Positions 20,278 through 30,223 of a stretch of 64,000 nucleotides of DNA are shown one piece after another. The position numbers and the translations under genes were made by a program. Location: assembly GCA_049288015.1 (NCBI GenBank), contig JBAQGX010000003.1:55662-119661 (forward strand), given 5' to 3'. The notes under the pieces are model-generated. The model was not told the DNA's origin. It saw only the letters and a program-made list of their open reading frames with translations, and did no database searches. This stretch comes from Candidatus Nanoarchaeia archaeon (GTDB taxonomy: Archaea; Nanobdellota; Nanobdellia; Pacearchaeales; GW2011-AR1). The stretch's first letter is position 1; each line of letters starts with the position of its first letter.

Positions 20278-21141
20278 TCAGCTGAAAAGAATTGGAGTTA
20301 AATATATTTCCATTAAACCTGCTATCACCAATAGTAATATTGATATAAATATCAATATTAAAGTATGTATTGCAATTTTCAAAAACATTTTACTTTTTAT
20401 TCCATGTCTTGCAACTCCAATTCCAAAGATTCCTCCAGCTAAAGCCGCAACAAAGTATGCCGCAATTTCGGGGAAACCATGAATCATATATCTAGCTAAT
20501 CCTAATGGAATCTCCACCCAACTATATTTAGTAAAGATTCCTATGCTTGCAGCTATAACACTTGCATTCCATGCAAGAATAAATATTGCTCCCGCACCGA
20601 ATAGAAGGGAGAATACAAGGGTAAAGACCATAACAAGAAGATTATTTTCCAACACAGAAAAAAATTCTGGTGTACTTGAAGAGCTTACTGCTCCTGTTGC
20701 TACCTGACCTCCAGATATGTACTGAGACATACAACCATTGACATCAGAGGGACTATTTATCGCACAATAAGTTCCAATTTGAGCATTAAGCAAATTACCA
20801 TCTTGAAGAACTATATACCAAAACGAAAAAGCTATTAGGAATCCAAAGAATAACCACATAAATGCATAAATTGCATTCTTATGAATTTTTAAGACTCCAA
20901 AGAATCCATCTACCTTTTCATCTTGTTTTTCTTCTCTTCTAATTATAAAATACATGAAAGGTAGAGAAAACATAACACAAAAAGTTACGACCATAACTCC
21001 AGAATATTTTGACAAAACTGGATCACTTGAAAAAAACCAATGAACTAAAAGTAATGATAAAGAGGCATATATTAAACCGATAAAAAACATTTCCCAAGGC
21101 TTTCTTTCAGCCTTTTTAGGATTTATAATAGATTCAAGCAT
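20278..21141 (-). CDS. SpoIIM/DUF95-family membrane protein
   Basis: 287 aa and polytopic. The conserved HGFPEIAAY (HGxxE) motif of the SpoIIM family is present. Confidence 0.5.
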   Translation of the reverse strand: MLESIINPKKAERKPWEMFFIGLIYASLSLLLVHWFFSSDPVLSKYSGVMVVTFCVMFSLPFMYFIIRREEKQDEKVDGFFGVLKIHKNAIYAFMWLFFGFLIAFSFWYIVLQDGNLLNAQIGTYCAINSPSDVNGCMSQYISGGQVATGAVSSSSTPEFFSVLENNLLVMVFTLVFSLLFGAGAIFILAWNASVIAASIGIFTKYSWVEIPLGLARYMIHGFPEIAAYFVAALAGGIFGIGVARHGIKSKMFLKIAIHTLILIFISILLLVIAGLMEIYLTPILFS

Positions 21142-21175
21142 ACATCTTGTAAAGAATTCTATTTTTTAAATATTC

Positions 21176-21577
21176 TTACAATTTTTCTTCTTTTTCATGC
21201 TTCTGATATTCTTGGATCATCGATAAAAATTCGTTATTTATTGAGTTTATATTACCGCTTAATTCTAATTCTACTTCCTTTAATCTCTTTATTTGTGATA
21301 TTATAAGTTCTTTAACTTCTGGAACGGTTCTATTCACAAAGTTATTGTCTCCAACATTAATAATTAAATCTTCGGAAATCAACTTGGATTTTATATAGAT
21401 CCCTTTCCCAATTTGTGCAAAAATTTCTTTATCTTTTGCCTGATTAATTTCATCTAGACCTAAATTGAGAGACTCAAGTTCTGAGATACCTCTTACTACC
21501 GATTGTAACTGTTGCTGGAGTTGATTTAATTGTTGCTCCATCATTCCTAATTTGAATACAGCTTCTTGGTCTTCCAT
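21176..21577 (-). CDS. pfdA: prefoldin alpha subunit
   Basis: 133 aa. Terminal coiled-coil heptads flank a central double beta-hairpin (GKGIYIKSKL...LIINVGDNNFV). Confidence 0.65.
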   Translation of the reverse strand: MEDQEAVFKLGMMEQQLNQLQQQLQSVVRGISELESLNLGLDEINQAKDKEIFAQIGKGIYIKSKLISEDLIINVGDNNFVNRTVPEVKELIISQIKRLKEVELELSGNINSINNEFLSMIQEYQKHEKEEKL

Positions 21578-21616
21578 GAAATTTAGAATTTGATCTATTT
21601 TTAAAACTTTTTAATT

Positions 21617-22015
21617 TTATACGACTTTGAGTATTTTTCTCAATATTATGCTAAAGACTAATCCTGATAGTATATACCACCAAATCCAACTTGGCAAAAT
21701 TTTTATAAATACACTATTCATCCATCCGGCTAACAGGACAAGAGGGATAAATGTTATAAGCATGGGCTTGAATGAATGTTTCATTAATTCCATTGAGCAG
21801 TCCATAACTTCTTTGTTAATTTTGTTCATCTCTTCAAGATTGCCTTTATTGTCTCTTAATTTTATTTGACATGCCTTTTGAATTTCTCTAAGCTCCTTCA
21901 TTCTTTTCTGGTCTGTGAAATACTTGGTAATTATAGTAGTAACCAATACTACTAAAAATGAGATTAATAGTATACTTTCTGTGGGATAAGAAACAACTAT
22001 ACTCGTTATATTCAT
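21617..22015 (-). CDS. DUF106 (archaeal YidC/Oxa1-like, EMC3/TMCO1 family) membrane protein
   Basis: 132 aa with a TM, basic coiled coil, TM, TM layout. The MELMKHSFKPML segment is typical of DUF106. It lies immediately downstream of secY. Confidence 0.55.
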   Translation of the reverse strand: MNITSIVVSYPTESILLISFLVVLVTTIITKYFTDQKRMKELREIQKACQIKLRDNKGNLEEMNKINKEVMDCSMELMKHSFKPMLITFIPLVLLAGWMNSVFIKILPSWIWWYILSGLVFSIILRKILKVV

Positions 22016-22050
22016 TTTATTGTAAATAAAAATTGGTATTTAAATTTAGT

Positions 22051-23487
22051 TTATTTGTTTACAAACTTGCCTAATGAAGGATTTATTACTTCTGGATGTT
22101 GCTGTGCAATGTTTTGGTAAAACTGGTTTGTAATCATAATTACAAGTAATATTGAAGTTCCTGAAACTAGAGCTCCCATCAAATCAGTTAGAGCTGCCAA
22201 TAATCCAATTGCTAGCCCTCCCATAACTGTTAGAGGCATAATATATCTGTCAAGAATTGTTTCGAGAACTCTTTCATCTTGTCTAAATCCAGCTACCTGA
22301 AGTCCTGATGAGGAGATTTTCTTAGCCACTGATTTTGCATCCATCTGAGAAGTTTTAACCCAGAATATTGCAAATATTGTTGAGAAAGTCATGAAAAATA
22401 ATATGTGTACAATTCCTTGCAAGATATATTCGGGAAGGAATCCTCCTCTTATTAACAAATCCAAAATATTAGTTGACCCAATCCAGAAAGATAAACCCGA
22501 GACTGCTTGGCCTTGGACAAATTGTCCCAAGAAAGTAAAGTGAGAAGCTAATTTAGCTAATCCACTACAGGATCCCCCCGATGAACAAACGGTTGCAGCA
22601 TTTTGGAAAATTCCTCCAAATAACTGAACATTTGCAACCAGAGCTGCAGTTAAAATTACTGGAATAACAGAAGCATAAAAGAATAACAATGGCTGCTTTA
22701 CAGTATATCCTCTTATTTTTCCGAAAGAGAGTGGAATTTCAACTTTTAGGCTCTGAGCCCAGACTACTAGCAAAAATATACCCATTGTTACCGCAATTGC
22801 GGCAAATGCGGAGACTAATTCCACATTTTGTCTGGTTATTATTGATTGAATTAAGACTAATATCTTTCCAGAACAAGGAATTGTCGAGAAATTAAGAAGG
22901 CAGTTTCTACCTTGTTGGTCTATGAACTGCAAAGAACTTGTAATAAGTCTCCATGAAACTCCAGCGGCTATGAATAAGCTTATTCCCTGTCCTATTCCCC
23001 ATTTTCCTATAAGTTCATCCATATAATAGATTGCAATTCCACCCAATATAAGTTGTAGAATTACAAGCCATGCTAATCCTGGAACAGCCTGAAGACCTTG
23101 CATTAATACATAAATTATGGCTTCAAATATTATGAAGAAGAAAGTCAATAACTTCTGAAGTCCTTGAAAGAATTTTCTCCCCTCTGCGGTCGTTGTATCA
23201 ATATTTAATATTCCCGATCCCGCAAGCAGTTGCAGAATAACAGAGGACATGACGATTGGACCAATTCCAAGAGAAATTATACTTCCAAAATTTGTTCCAA
23301 GAATTATTGCAAGATACTGAAATTGTGCCAGCGCATTTTTTGACAAACCAAATAGAGGGATATTAGATAATACAAAGAAAGAAAGCAATACTATAATGGT
23401 CCACTTAGCCTTTTCTCTAAAACTTAGTTTCTTTTCTTCTGGAGATTTAATCTCCGGAATAAATTTCAGAATCCCTCTAAAATCCAT
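22051..23487 (-). CDS. secY: preprotein translocase subunit SecY
   Basis: 478 aa with 10 TM helices. It occupies the conserved position after uL15. Confidence 0.9.
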   Translation of the reverse strand: MDFRGILKFIPEIKSPEEKKLSFREKAKWTIIVLLSFFVLSNIPLFGLSKNALAQFQYLAIILGTNFGSIISLGIGPIVMSSVILQLLAGSGILNIDTTTAEGRKFFQGLQKLLTFFFIIFEAIIYVLMQGLQAVPGLAWLVILQLILGGIAIYYMDELIGKWGIGQGISLFIAAGVSWRLITSSLQFIDQQGRNCLLNFSTIPCSGKILVLIQSIITRQNVELVSAFAAIAVTMGIFLLVVWAQSLKVEIPLSFGKIRGYTVKQPLLFFYASVIPVILTAALVANVQLFGGIFQNAATVCSSGGSCSGLAKLASHFTFLGQFVQGQAVSGLSFWIGSTNILDLLIRGGFLPEYILQGIVHILFFMTFSTIFAIFWVKTSQMDAKSVAKKISSSGLQVAGFRQDERVLETILDRYIMPLTVMGGLAIGLLAALTDLMGALVSGTSILLVIMITNQFYQNIAQQHPEVINPSLGKFVNK

Positions 23488-23489
23488 AT

Positions 23490-23966
23490 TTAAGCCTCTT
23501 TTTTGGATGTTTTTGTCCCTAGAATAATTTCGCCACCATTCCTTTTAATCTTTTCTTCGGCAGATTTCGATGCACTTTTTGCTTTTATGAAAAACTTATT
23601 TTTTGTTTCGCCTTCCCCAAGTATTTTATAAGACTTTAAATCAATCTCAAAACCCTTTTGGGTTTTCTTTGCAATTCCTTTACTAATATAATTCTCCAGA
23701 TTCATTTCAATATCTTGTATATTAACTCTATCTGATTTGTCTCTTTGAGTTTTTCTACTGGTTACTCCTTGTTTTCCAAAATAACTATTTCCATACAACT
23801 TTAATACCAATGTCTTTTTTTGATCTGCTCTTTTACCAGTTCCAGACATTCCTTTTCCACCTCTATGTCCTGAACCCTTTGCTTTCTTTCTGGCTCCTCT
23901 TCCATAGGTTCCCATTCTCTTTCCTCTGTATTTTCCTGTCTTTCTTTTTTTATGTGTCTTTATCAT
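23490..23966 (-). CDS. rpl15: ribosomal protein uL15
   Basis: The GKRMGTYGRG..GHRGGKG motif is present. Confidence 0.85.
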   Translation of the reverse strand: MIKTHKKRKTGKYRGKRMGTYGRGARKKAKGSGHRGGKGMSGTGKRADQKKTLVLKLYGNSYFGKQGVTSRKTQRDKSDRVNIQDIEMNLENYISKGIAKKTQKGFEIDLKSYKILGEGETKNKFFIKAKSASKSAEEKIKRNGGEIILGTKTSKKEA

Positions 23967-23967
23967 T

Positions 23968-24387
23968 TTACAACATCCTCTCTAAAAGTTCATTTATTTT
24001 ATCTTTGTGATTTCCTAGAACTCCTTTTGGGAAACTTTCTTTACTCTTTATTCCCCCTCTTGGAGGATGTAGCCTAAAAAATGGCTTTAAGTTCAATTCC
24101 TCGTATTTTTTACCTTTTTCAATATCCTTTGCAGCTTCTTTTGAGTTAATTTTTTTTGTCTTATCTACAGGTTGGCCTCTTTTTTCCAATAATTTTTCGA
24201 ACATTGAAGAGTTTATTTCTCCAAATGCAACGAAGTCTTTGACTTTCTTAATCATTCCTAACTGTTCTTCTTTTGGATTAGCAATTACAATGCAAGAATA
24301 TTTTTTCTTAAGTCTTAATCTATTTAGAGTCTCTTCTATTTCTCTTCTTACTCCAACTTCTCCTCTTATCCTTATTAGGCAAATCAT
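23968..24387 (-). CDS. rpl30: ribosomal protein uL30
   Basis: The N-terminus LIRIRGEVGVRREIEETL matches uL30, and the gene is in the operon position. Confidence 0.8.
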   Translation of the reverse strand: MICLIRIRGEVGVRREIEETLNRLRLKKKYSCIVIANPKEEQLGMIKKVKDFVAFGEINSSMFEKLLEKRGQPVDKTKKINSKEAAKDIEKGKKYEELNLKPFFRLHPPRGGIKSKESFPKGVLGNHKDKINELLERML

Positions 24388-25199
24388 TTTGTGTTAGTTT
24401 TCCTCAATGCATCAATACATGCTTTTACTAAATTGAATGTCGTTTTTCTTTTACCAAATGTCTGACTATACACATCCTTTACTCCAGCAAGTTGAAGAAC
24501 TTTTTTAAGTTCATCTGCAACAACAAGACCGGTACCTTGTGGTGCCGGAATTAAAGTAATTCTTACACTACCGGCCTTTCCAGTTATTTTGAAGGGGATT
24601 GAATGTAATTCATTACAAGAGCAATCAAAACTACCACATGATCTTCTTATCTTCATAAGATTTAATTTTGCTTTTCTTATTGCTTTATCTCTTGCAGGAA
24701 GAGTTTCTTTTGCTTTTCCATCTCCAATTCCCACGTGTCCGTTTTCATCCCCAACAACAGCAAAGGCTGAAAAGCTTGCAACATTACCTTCCATTGTCTT
24801 CTTTTGAGTCTGTTTCCAAGCTCTTCTTTTTCCTCCCCCAAATTTACCTTTTGATTGACCAATTGAAATTAAATCTGACTTTAAACTAATTAAGGAATCT
24901 ACTATTTTGTCCTCCAGAATTTTCTTATTATTATCAAGTATTTCATCAATATTTTTTACTTTTCCTTCCTTGACTTCTTTTCCTAACTTTGTTTTAGGAG
25001 ACCAAGATAAAAATACCTTTTCTGATTTTTCCTCTTTTTCTACATAACGCTTTCCTTCAAGTTCCTTTTCAATTTCTTTTTCCAAAACTTTTTCATCAGC
25101 ATTAACATCCTTTTCAATTATTTTTTCTGCGGCTTCTGCTACTGGAGCTTCATAATCATCTTTCTTGAATTTTTGCAATCTTCTTTCCTTTTCTGCCAT
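24384..25199 (-). CDS. rps5: ribosomal protein uS5 with K/E-rich N-terminal extension
   Basis: The GHVGIGDGKAKE core is present with the dsRBD and S5 C-terminal domains. An acidic/basic leader of about 55 aa precedes it. Confidence 0.85.
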   Translation of the reverse strand: MAEKERRLQKFKKDDYEAPVAEAAEKIIEKDVNADEKVLEKEIEKELEGKRYVEKEEKSEKVFLSWSPKTKLGKEVKEGKVKNIDEILDNNKKILEDKIVDSLISLKSDLISIGQSKGKFGGGKRRAWKQTQKKTMEGNVASFSAFAVVGDENGHVGIGDGKAKETLPARDKAIRKAKLNLMKIRRSCGSFDCSCNELHSIPFKITGKAGSVRITLIPAPQGTGLVVADELKKVLQLAGVKDVYSQTFGKRKTTFNLVKACIDALRKTNTK

Positions 25200-25696
25200 T
25201 ATTCTTTTTCTATATTAAGTTTAATTTTTTCATACATCTTTGAAAAGTCTTTCTTTAAACTTTTGCCTTTTATTCTATCTTCTTCAGGGAATAAATCTTT
25301 ACTGCCGTAACTTATTTTTAACCCAGAATCAACTAATCCCTTCAAAAAAGCGTATGGTTTAGTCTTTGCAGCAGAAGAAATCATTCCAATGTCAAATATT
25401 GGTAATTTCTTTTTTTCTTTGATTATCTTTTTTCCAATTAATAATCCAGTAAGATATGCTGCTGGAATTGACTTTAGACTTCCCTCAAATTCCTTGTCCC
25501 ATCCATATTTTTCTAAATTTTTTGAAGTCACTCCTATTTCGATGCTATCTTTAGCTTCCTTCGTTGTAACATATTGTGCAATTATATATCTGTTAGTTCT
25601 TCTGAACACAATTCTTGGTATCCCGCTTATAAGTAACTTTTTCCTTTTGGAATAATCTGTTATTCCTTTCTTTCTTCTATGGAATATATTTTTCAT
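25199..25696 (-). CDS. rpl18: ribosomal protein uL18
   Basis: The RIVFRRTNRYIIAQ motif is present. Confidence 0.8.
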   Translation of the reverse strand: MKNIFHRRKKGITDYSKRKKLLISGIPRIVFRRTNRYIIAQYVTTKEAKDSIEIGVTSKNLEKYGWDKEFEGSLKSIPAAYLTGLLIGKKIIKEKKKLPIFDIGMISSAAKTKPYAFLKGLVDSGLKISYGSKDLFPEEDRIKGKSLKKDFSKMYEKIKLNIEKE

Positions 25697-26100
25697 TTTT
25701 TCGAATCATTCAAGTATTCTTTTAATTGAGATTTACTTTTGAAATATCTATTTCTTATCTTTTTCCTTAAATCCAGAGCTTGTTCCTTTGTTATAAGACT
25801 TTTGTTTTTCAACAATAAGACGTGTTTCCTAAGTTTTCTGGTAATCGTCATATATTCTCTTTTTGTGTCTTTTGCGTTCTTCTTTATGTTTCCTGGACTT
25901 CTTTTTGTCTTATTCTTTGGTTTTGATCTTTTAGCTTTTATTTCTCTGAGAATTATTGCCCCATCCGCCCTTAAGTTCCTTATATCATTCTTTGTGATTG
26001 CCTCCTTTATCTCATCTAGTCGAGGTTCCACAAAAATTATTCTGTTTTTTCCAACGCCTAAAACTTTGGCTGCAAGAGCCTTTTTTTTATTGAGTTTCAT
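25693..26100 (-). CDS. rpl19e: ribosomal protein eL19
   Basis: The N-terminus MKLNKKKALAAKVLGVGKNRI matches eL19. Confidence 0.8.
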   Translation of the reverse strand: MKLNKKKALAAKVLGVGKNRIIFVEPRLDEIKEAITKNDIRNLRADGAIILREIKAKRSKPKNKTKRSPGNIKKNAKDTKREYMTITRKLRKHVLLLKNKSLITKEQALDLRKKIRNRYFKSKSQLKEYLNDSKK

Positions 26101-26465
26101 TTTTTATTATTTTTAAGAAATTTATTTACATTCAAGTTATGTATCAAAATATTGCCTTCTTTTGCTTTTTTTGCAATTTCCAGTCTTTTTTTCTTCCCGA
26201 TTTTTCCTATAATTGCCATTTCTTTATTTTTGATTTTTTGCAAATCTTTGAGGTTATTTACCATTATGACTTCCTTGTCATTTATTTTTCCCCTCAGTTC
26301 TTTTTCTTTCCTATAGCCTATGCTTACAACTGCAGGGTAACCTCCTCTTTTCTCTCTCATCTTATTATCTCTTCCTGTAGGTCTTCTCCAAACCTGTTTA
26401 CTCTTCCTTCTTAATCCTAATTTTGAATATCTACTCCACGTCCTTCTCAAAAATTTCTTTGTCAT
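26097..26465 (-). CDS. rpl32e: ribosomal protein eL32
   Basis: The segment WRRPTGRDNKMREKRGGYPAVVSIGYR matches eL32. Confidence 0.8.
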   Translation of the reverse strand: MTKKFLRRTWSRYSKLGLRRKSKQVWRRPTGRDNKMREKRGGYPAVVSIGYRKEKELRGKINDKEVIMVNNLKDLQKIKNKEMAIIGKIGKKKRLEIAKKAKEGNILIHNLNVNKFLKNNKK

Positions 26466-27004
26466 ATTTCTTTACCTGCCTTAGTTATCATGAAAATTCC
26501 GTCCTGGAAAACTCTTCTATCTCTCTTTCTTACTTTTGTTGCAGTTTCTATATTAGCAGCAGTTTGACCTGCTATTTCCCTATTTATTGAAGTAATTGTT
26601 ACCATTTCTTTGTCAATTTTAACATCTGCACCGTCTATAATCTTTGATTTTCTGTTTGATTTTTCTCCCAAGAAGTTTTTTATAATGATCTCATTGCCTT
26701 TTACTTCTGCAGTGATTGGAAAATGTGAGTAGCAAATCTTAAGTTTGTATTCAAACTTTTTTGAAACACCTTCAAGAATATTTTTTATGTGGGCTCTCAT
26801 TGTATTTATTGTCTTTTTTTCTTTCTTGGTAGCCTTTTTACAACCAATAATTAAAAGATTTCCGTCAAGTTTTATCTCGAGATCTCCCAAGTTCAATTTT
26901 TTATTATCTTCTCCTTCTGGACCTTTTACATTTATTATATTTCCATTTAATTTTATCTCAATACCTTCAGGAATTTCAATTGTCTGAAAAATTTCTCTTT
27001 TCAT
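26462..27004 (-). CDS. rpl6: ribosomal protein uL6
   Basis: It shows a two-domain uL6 pattern and sits in the operon position. Confidence 0.75.
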   Translation of the reverse strand: MKREIFQTIEIPEGIEIKLNGNIINVKGPEGEDNKKLNLGDLEIKLDGNLLIIGCKKATKKEKKTINTMRAHIKNILEGVSKKFEYKLKICYSHFPITAEVKGNEIIIKNFLGEKSNRKSKIIDGADVKIDKEMVTITSINREIAGQTAANIETATKVRKRDRRVFQDGIFMITKAGKEI

Positions 27005-27005
27005 T

Positions 27006-27386
27006 TTAGTAAAAATAAGCTATCAAAGAGCCCCCTACTCCTTTTTCTATTGCTTCTTCGTGTGTAACTAGCCCTTGGTTTGTAGAAATAATCATTGTTC
27101 CCAAGTTTCTTGCAGGCAAATATCTTCTTCTATATTTTTCAATTTGACTTTTATCAACACTAAATCTTGGTTTGATTGCTCTGCATTCAACAAAATCTCC
27201 AAACACAACTTCTACACTTCTTTCCTTTACATTTATTTTATATCTCTTTATGACTTCTTTTTGCTTCATTATCTTTAGAATTTCGATTAGTAAATCCGAG
27301 AACCTGTTTATTACAACACTTTCTCTTCCAGCTTTCTTAGCGTTTTTAATCATGTTCAATGCATCTGAAACTGTATCTTGTGCCAT
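27006..27386 (-). CDS. rps8: ribosomal protein uS8
   Basis: The C-terminus ...GGSLIAYFY matches uS8. I set the start at MAQDTVSDALNMIKNA; the ORF track starts 12 codons upstream at 27422 and would overlap S14. Confidence 0.8.
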   Translation of the reverse strand: MAQDTVSDALNMIKNAKKAGRESVVINRFSDLLIEILKIMKQKEVIKRYKINVKERSVEVVFGDFVECRAIKPRFSVDKSQIEKYRRRYLPARNLGTMIISTNQGLVTHEEAIEKGVGGSLIAYFY

Positions 27387-27387
27387 T

Positions 27388-27630
27388 TTATGAATATTTT
27401 CTGAAGCCGATTTCGACCGCAACCTCCCTAAAACATTGTCTACATAAATTTAATCCATATGAGTCTATATGTGCTCCAAATCTCCCGCATCTTTCGCATT
27501 TTCTGGAAGCTATTCCAGTCTTCCTTGCTTTTGGTTTATTATGCCTTATGAATTTCTCCATTACCGCTGGCTTTCCCTTGAGCTGTTTTAATTCTTTTTT
27601 CCAATCACTTGCTGTCATTTTATTATACAA
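27388..27630 (-). CDS. rps14: ribosomal protein uS14 (zinc-binding type Z)
   Basis: The zinc motif CERCGR...CRQCFRE is present. A shorter start, MEKF at 27561, is possible. Confidence 0.75.
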   Translation of the reverse strand: MYNKMTASDWKKELKQLKGKPAVMEKFIRHNKPKARKTGIASRKCERCGRFGAHIDSYGLNLCRQCFREVAVEIGFRKYS

Positions 27631-28117
27631 ATTTTGTTTGAAAATTGTCCTCCATAAATTTGATTATTTCTTCCTTGCTTATCCTTTGTTTTTTTGGAAG
27701 CCTGCTATTCTTTATTCTTCTTAATTGAATTCTTTTACCTGCTCTCTTAAATGTTATTGTAACATCAAATCCGGTAATTCCTATATCTCTTTGGAATTCC
27801 ATCCCTGGAATTTCTATATATTCTTTTAGTCCAAAAGAGAAAGTGTTTTCGCTAATTTGCTTTTTTCTTATCTTATTATCTATAGCAACAAGAACTCTTT
27901 TAAGTAAAGGTTCAAAATCTCTTCTTATTGTTATAATCGCACCAACATTTAATTTTGGTCTTACACTTAAAGAAGGAATTCTTTTATTTGTCTTCATTTT
28001 TGCTGCTTTTCTTCCTGTAAGTATCTCAAGTAATTTGGCACTTTTTTCTAATTTATCTTCAGTTCCACCTACACCAAATACAATTTTTTCAATTTTTATT
28101 GATCTCATGTCAGTCAT
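27623..28117 (-). CDS. rpl5: ribosomal protein uL5
   Basis: The N-terminus [29 protein letters not shown] matches uL5. Confidence 0.85.
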   Translation of the reverse strand: MTDMRSIKIEKIVFGVGGTEDKLEKSAKLLEILTGRKAAKMKTNKRIPSLSVRPKLNVGAIITIRRDFEPLLKRVLVAIDNKIRKKQISENTFSFGLKEYIEIPGMEFQRDIGITGFDVTITFKRAGKRIQLRRIKNSRLPKKQRISKEEIIKFMEDNFQTKFV

Positions 28118-28776
28118 TTTAGCACCATAAGTTGTTTAATTAAAATATTAATTATTTCTCCATTTCTTTCCAATTGAACAGAGTCGTTTCCGTGAATCTC
28201 TTTAATTATTCCCATTTCTCCCATGTGTTTTCCTGCAAAAACAATAGCCTTTGCTTCTTTTTGCAGTGTGATACATTCTTCTATTTTCTTATCCTTCAAA
28301 TTCAATAATAGAGAATCATTTACCTTGCACTTCATATTAGAGATGAAATTTCTTCCATCACTAAGATTCAACTGTGTCTTATTTCCTTTCAAAGATTTTT
28401 TGTTTATGATCTTTGCTATTTTGTAAATAGATTCCTTAGAGTTTATTTCATTCAAGATGAACTTCTTACTTTTTCCTATTCCAATCTGGTAATACTTCTC
28501 TGGAAAATTACTTCCCTTTGCAGGGATTATTGTTATAACATCAAACAATAGAGCATTTTCCCTATCATCAAATACAATTCTGTTATTTAACAAAACCTGC
28601 TTTGCATTCAATGCTTTTTTTGCTTCTCTTCTATTCTGTGCCAATTTCAGCATATCTCTGATTATTATTAATATTGGAACTCCTTTTTCTATGCTATATC
28701 TTGGTCTAACCAAGAGAGCGGTTCCTTTCCTTTCTATTGGCCAATTTTTTGGGCTTGCTTCCCTTTTTAAGTGCAT
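28114..28776 (-). CDS. rps4e: ribosomal protein eS4
   Basis: An N-terminal HLKRE...P motif and a KOW-like region are present. It is in the operon position. Confidence 0.8.
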   Translation of the reverse strand: MHLKREASPKNWPIERKGTALLVRPRYSIEKGVPILIIIRDMLKLAQNRREAKKALNAKQVLLNNRIVFDDRENALLFDVITIIPAKGSNFPEKYYQIGIGKSKKFILNEINSKESIYKIAKIINKKSLKGNKTQLNLSDGRNFISNMKCKVNDSLLLNLKDKKIEECITLQKEAKAIVFAGKHMGEMGIIKEIHGNDSVQLERNGEIINILIKQLMVLK

Positions 28777-28777
28777 T

Positions 28778-29161
28778 TTATTTTTTCTCCGTTAGTCTCT
28801 TTAATCTTTTTTTGTCTTCTAGATTTAATTCAACTAATTGTAAATTTGAGGGCTCCATTTTTAAATTTGCTTTTGAGCCATCTTTCTTTTTAATTTGAAT
28901 TCCATCAATAATTACCTTTGAAACTTTTATCATTACTTGTGTTATTTTACCTTCCTTTCCTTTGAACTTTCCTCTCATTACTTTAATTTTATCTCCTTTC
29001 CTCAGAGTAAGACTTCTTTTTTTGTATTTTTTTCTTAAATCTTCTGATAAATTTGAGCTCACAGATTTAGCTTTTAAATGCAATGGCGCATTTGCTAAGT
29101 ACTTTCTCTGCTTTCTAGGCTTTTTGCTTCCTTTCCAATCTTTGTTAAATTTTTGTTTCAT
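28778..29161 (-). CDS. rpl24: ribosomal protein uL24
   Basis: The KOW motif RKGDKIKVMRGKFKGKEGKI is present. Confidence 0.8.
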   Translation of the reverse strand: MKQKFNKDWKGSKKPRKQRKYLANAPLHLKAKSVSSNLSEDLRKKYKKRSLTLRKGDKIKVMRGKFKGKEGKITQVMIKVSKVIIDGIQIKKKDGSKANLKMEPSNLQLVELNLEDKKRLKRLTEKK

Positions 29162-29162
29162 T

Positions 29163-29564
29163 TTAGTATACTACCGACGCAATTTTAGCAACTTGAGGCC
29201 ATCTTTCCATGACTTCTCTTGCAACTGGTCCTTTTATTTGTGTTCCTTTAGGGTTTCCTTTTTCATCCTTGAGAAGAGCAACTGCATTATCTTCAAATGC
29301 AATTCTCTCACCATTAAATCTTCTGTAAGATTTTTTCTGTCTTATTACGATAGCATCAAATACTTTCCCTCTCATATCAGGGATACCTTTTCTTACACTA
29401 ACTTTTACCCAATCTGCAATTTTGGCAGTAGCTTGTCTTCCTTTTTTCGCCTTCCATCTCTTTACAGATACAATTCTTACAACTCTTGCTCCACTATTAT
29501 CTGCTGCAATTACCTTAGCTCCAAGATTAAGCCCTCTTGTTCCTCTTGCCCCTATTGCTTTCAT
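29163..29564 (-). CDS. rpl14: ribosomal protein uL14
   Basis: The segment LNLGAKVIAADNSGARVVRIVSV matches uL14. Confidence 0.85.
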   Translation of the reverse strand: MKAIGARGTRGLNLGAKVIAADNSGARVVRIVSVKRWKAKKGRQATAKIADWVKVSVRKGIPDMRGKVFDAIVIRQKKSYRRFNGERIAFEDNAVALLKDEKGNPKGTQIKGPVAREVMERWPQVAKIASVVY

Positions 29565-29917
29565 AATTTTTCTCCTCCTTTGACTTTATCTGTGACTACA
29601 AAATGTATGATCTTGCTTAGAGGTCTGCATTCCACTATTTTCACATAATCTCCAACATTAATGTTTTTTTCAATACATACGGGGAGTCTTGCATGAATTT
29701 TCGTTTTAAGTTTGATGTATCTCTCATACTTTCTGATATACTCGGTTCTATCAAACTCGATTGTAATTCTTTTCTGGAACTTTTTTATAACTTTTCCATT
29801 AAATGTTCTTCCTCTAAGTTTAAGAGACCCGTGAAATGGGCAATCAATATCATTACAGCTAGTGCTAACTATTTCAGGAGTTTTCTTTCTTTCAATTTCT
29901 TTGTTTTTCTTTTCCAT
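29561..29917 (-). CDS. rps17: ribosomal protein uS17
   Basis: The OB-fold core GKVIKKFQKRITIEFDRTEYIRKYERY matches uS17. Confidence 0.8.
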   Translation of the reverse strand: MEKKNKEIERKKTPEIVSTSCNDIDCPFHGSLKLRGRTFNGKVIKKFQKRITIEFDRTEYIRKYERYIKLKTKIHARLPVCIEKNINVGDYVKIVECRPLSKIIHFVVTDKVKGGEKL

Positions 29918-29934
29918 TTTATTTTTTCGTTTGT

Positions 29935-30222
29935 TTATTCAATGTTAAAGCCCATCTCTTCCAAGATTGGCTTTATCTTCTTCATGTGATCTCCTTGAAG
30001 TTCTATTGTGCTTCCTTCAAAGGTTCCTCCACAAGCAAGCTCGTTTTTGAGATCCTTTGCGATCTTTCTAACGTCGACTCCCTTGTCAAAGCCGGAGATC
30101 AATGTGACGACCTTTCCGTACCTTTTCTTGTCAGTCTTCACTTGTATTCTCTGACTCGCTTTACCAATGTGTTCACAAACGCATGCCTCTAAGGGCAACC
30201 CGCATTTTGGACATATATTCAT
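29935..30222 (-). CDS. sui1: translation initiation factor aSUI1 (eIF1 family) with N-terminal Zn-ribbon
   Basis: The N-terminus has CPKCG..CVC. The SUI1 core is TLISGFD..LKNELACGGT..IELQGDH. Confidence 0.7.
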   Translation of the reverse strand: MNICPKCGLPLEACVCEHIGKASQRIQVKTDKKRYGKVVTLISGFDKGVDVRKIAKDLKNELACGGTFEGSTIELQGDHMKKIKPILEEMGFNIE

Positions 30223-30223
30223 T

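Noticed and set aside
25739-26116. Plus-strand ORFs of 60-230 aa inside the ribosomal operon (for example 25739-26116, 28962-29648, 31164-31589, 29693-29989).
   Set aside because: They are F/L/S/I-rich mirror images of K/E-rich minus-strand genes that have unambiguous ribosomal protein signatures. They are spurious antisense ORFs.
27388-27630. An 80-aa uS14 with a 23-aa leader ([12 protein letters not shown]...).
   Set aside because: I did not reject the gene itself, only the certainty of the long N-terminus. Archaeal Z-type S14 is usually about 55 aa, so the MEKF start at 27561 is an equally plausible start; the long ORF would overlap L5 by 8 nt.
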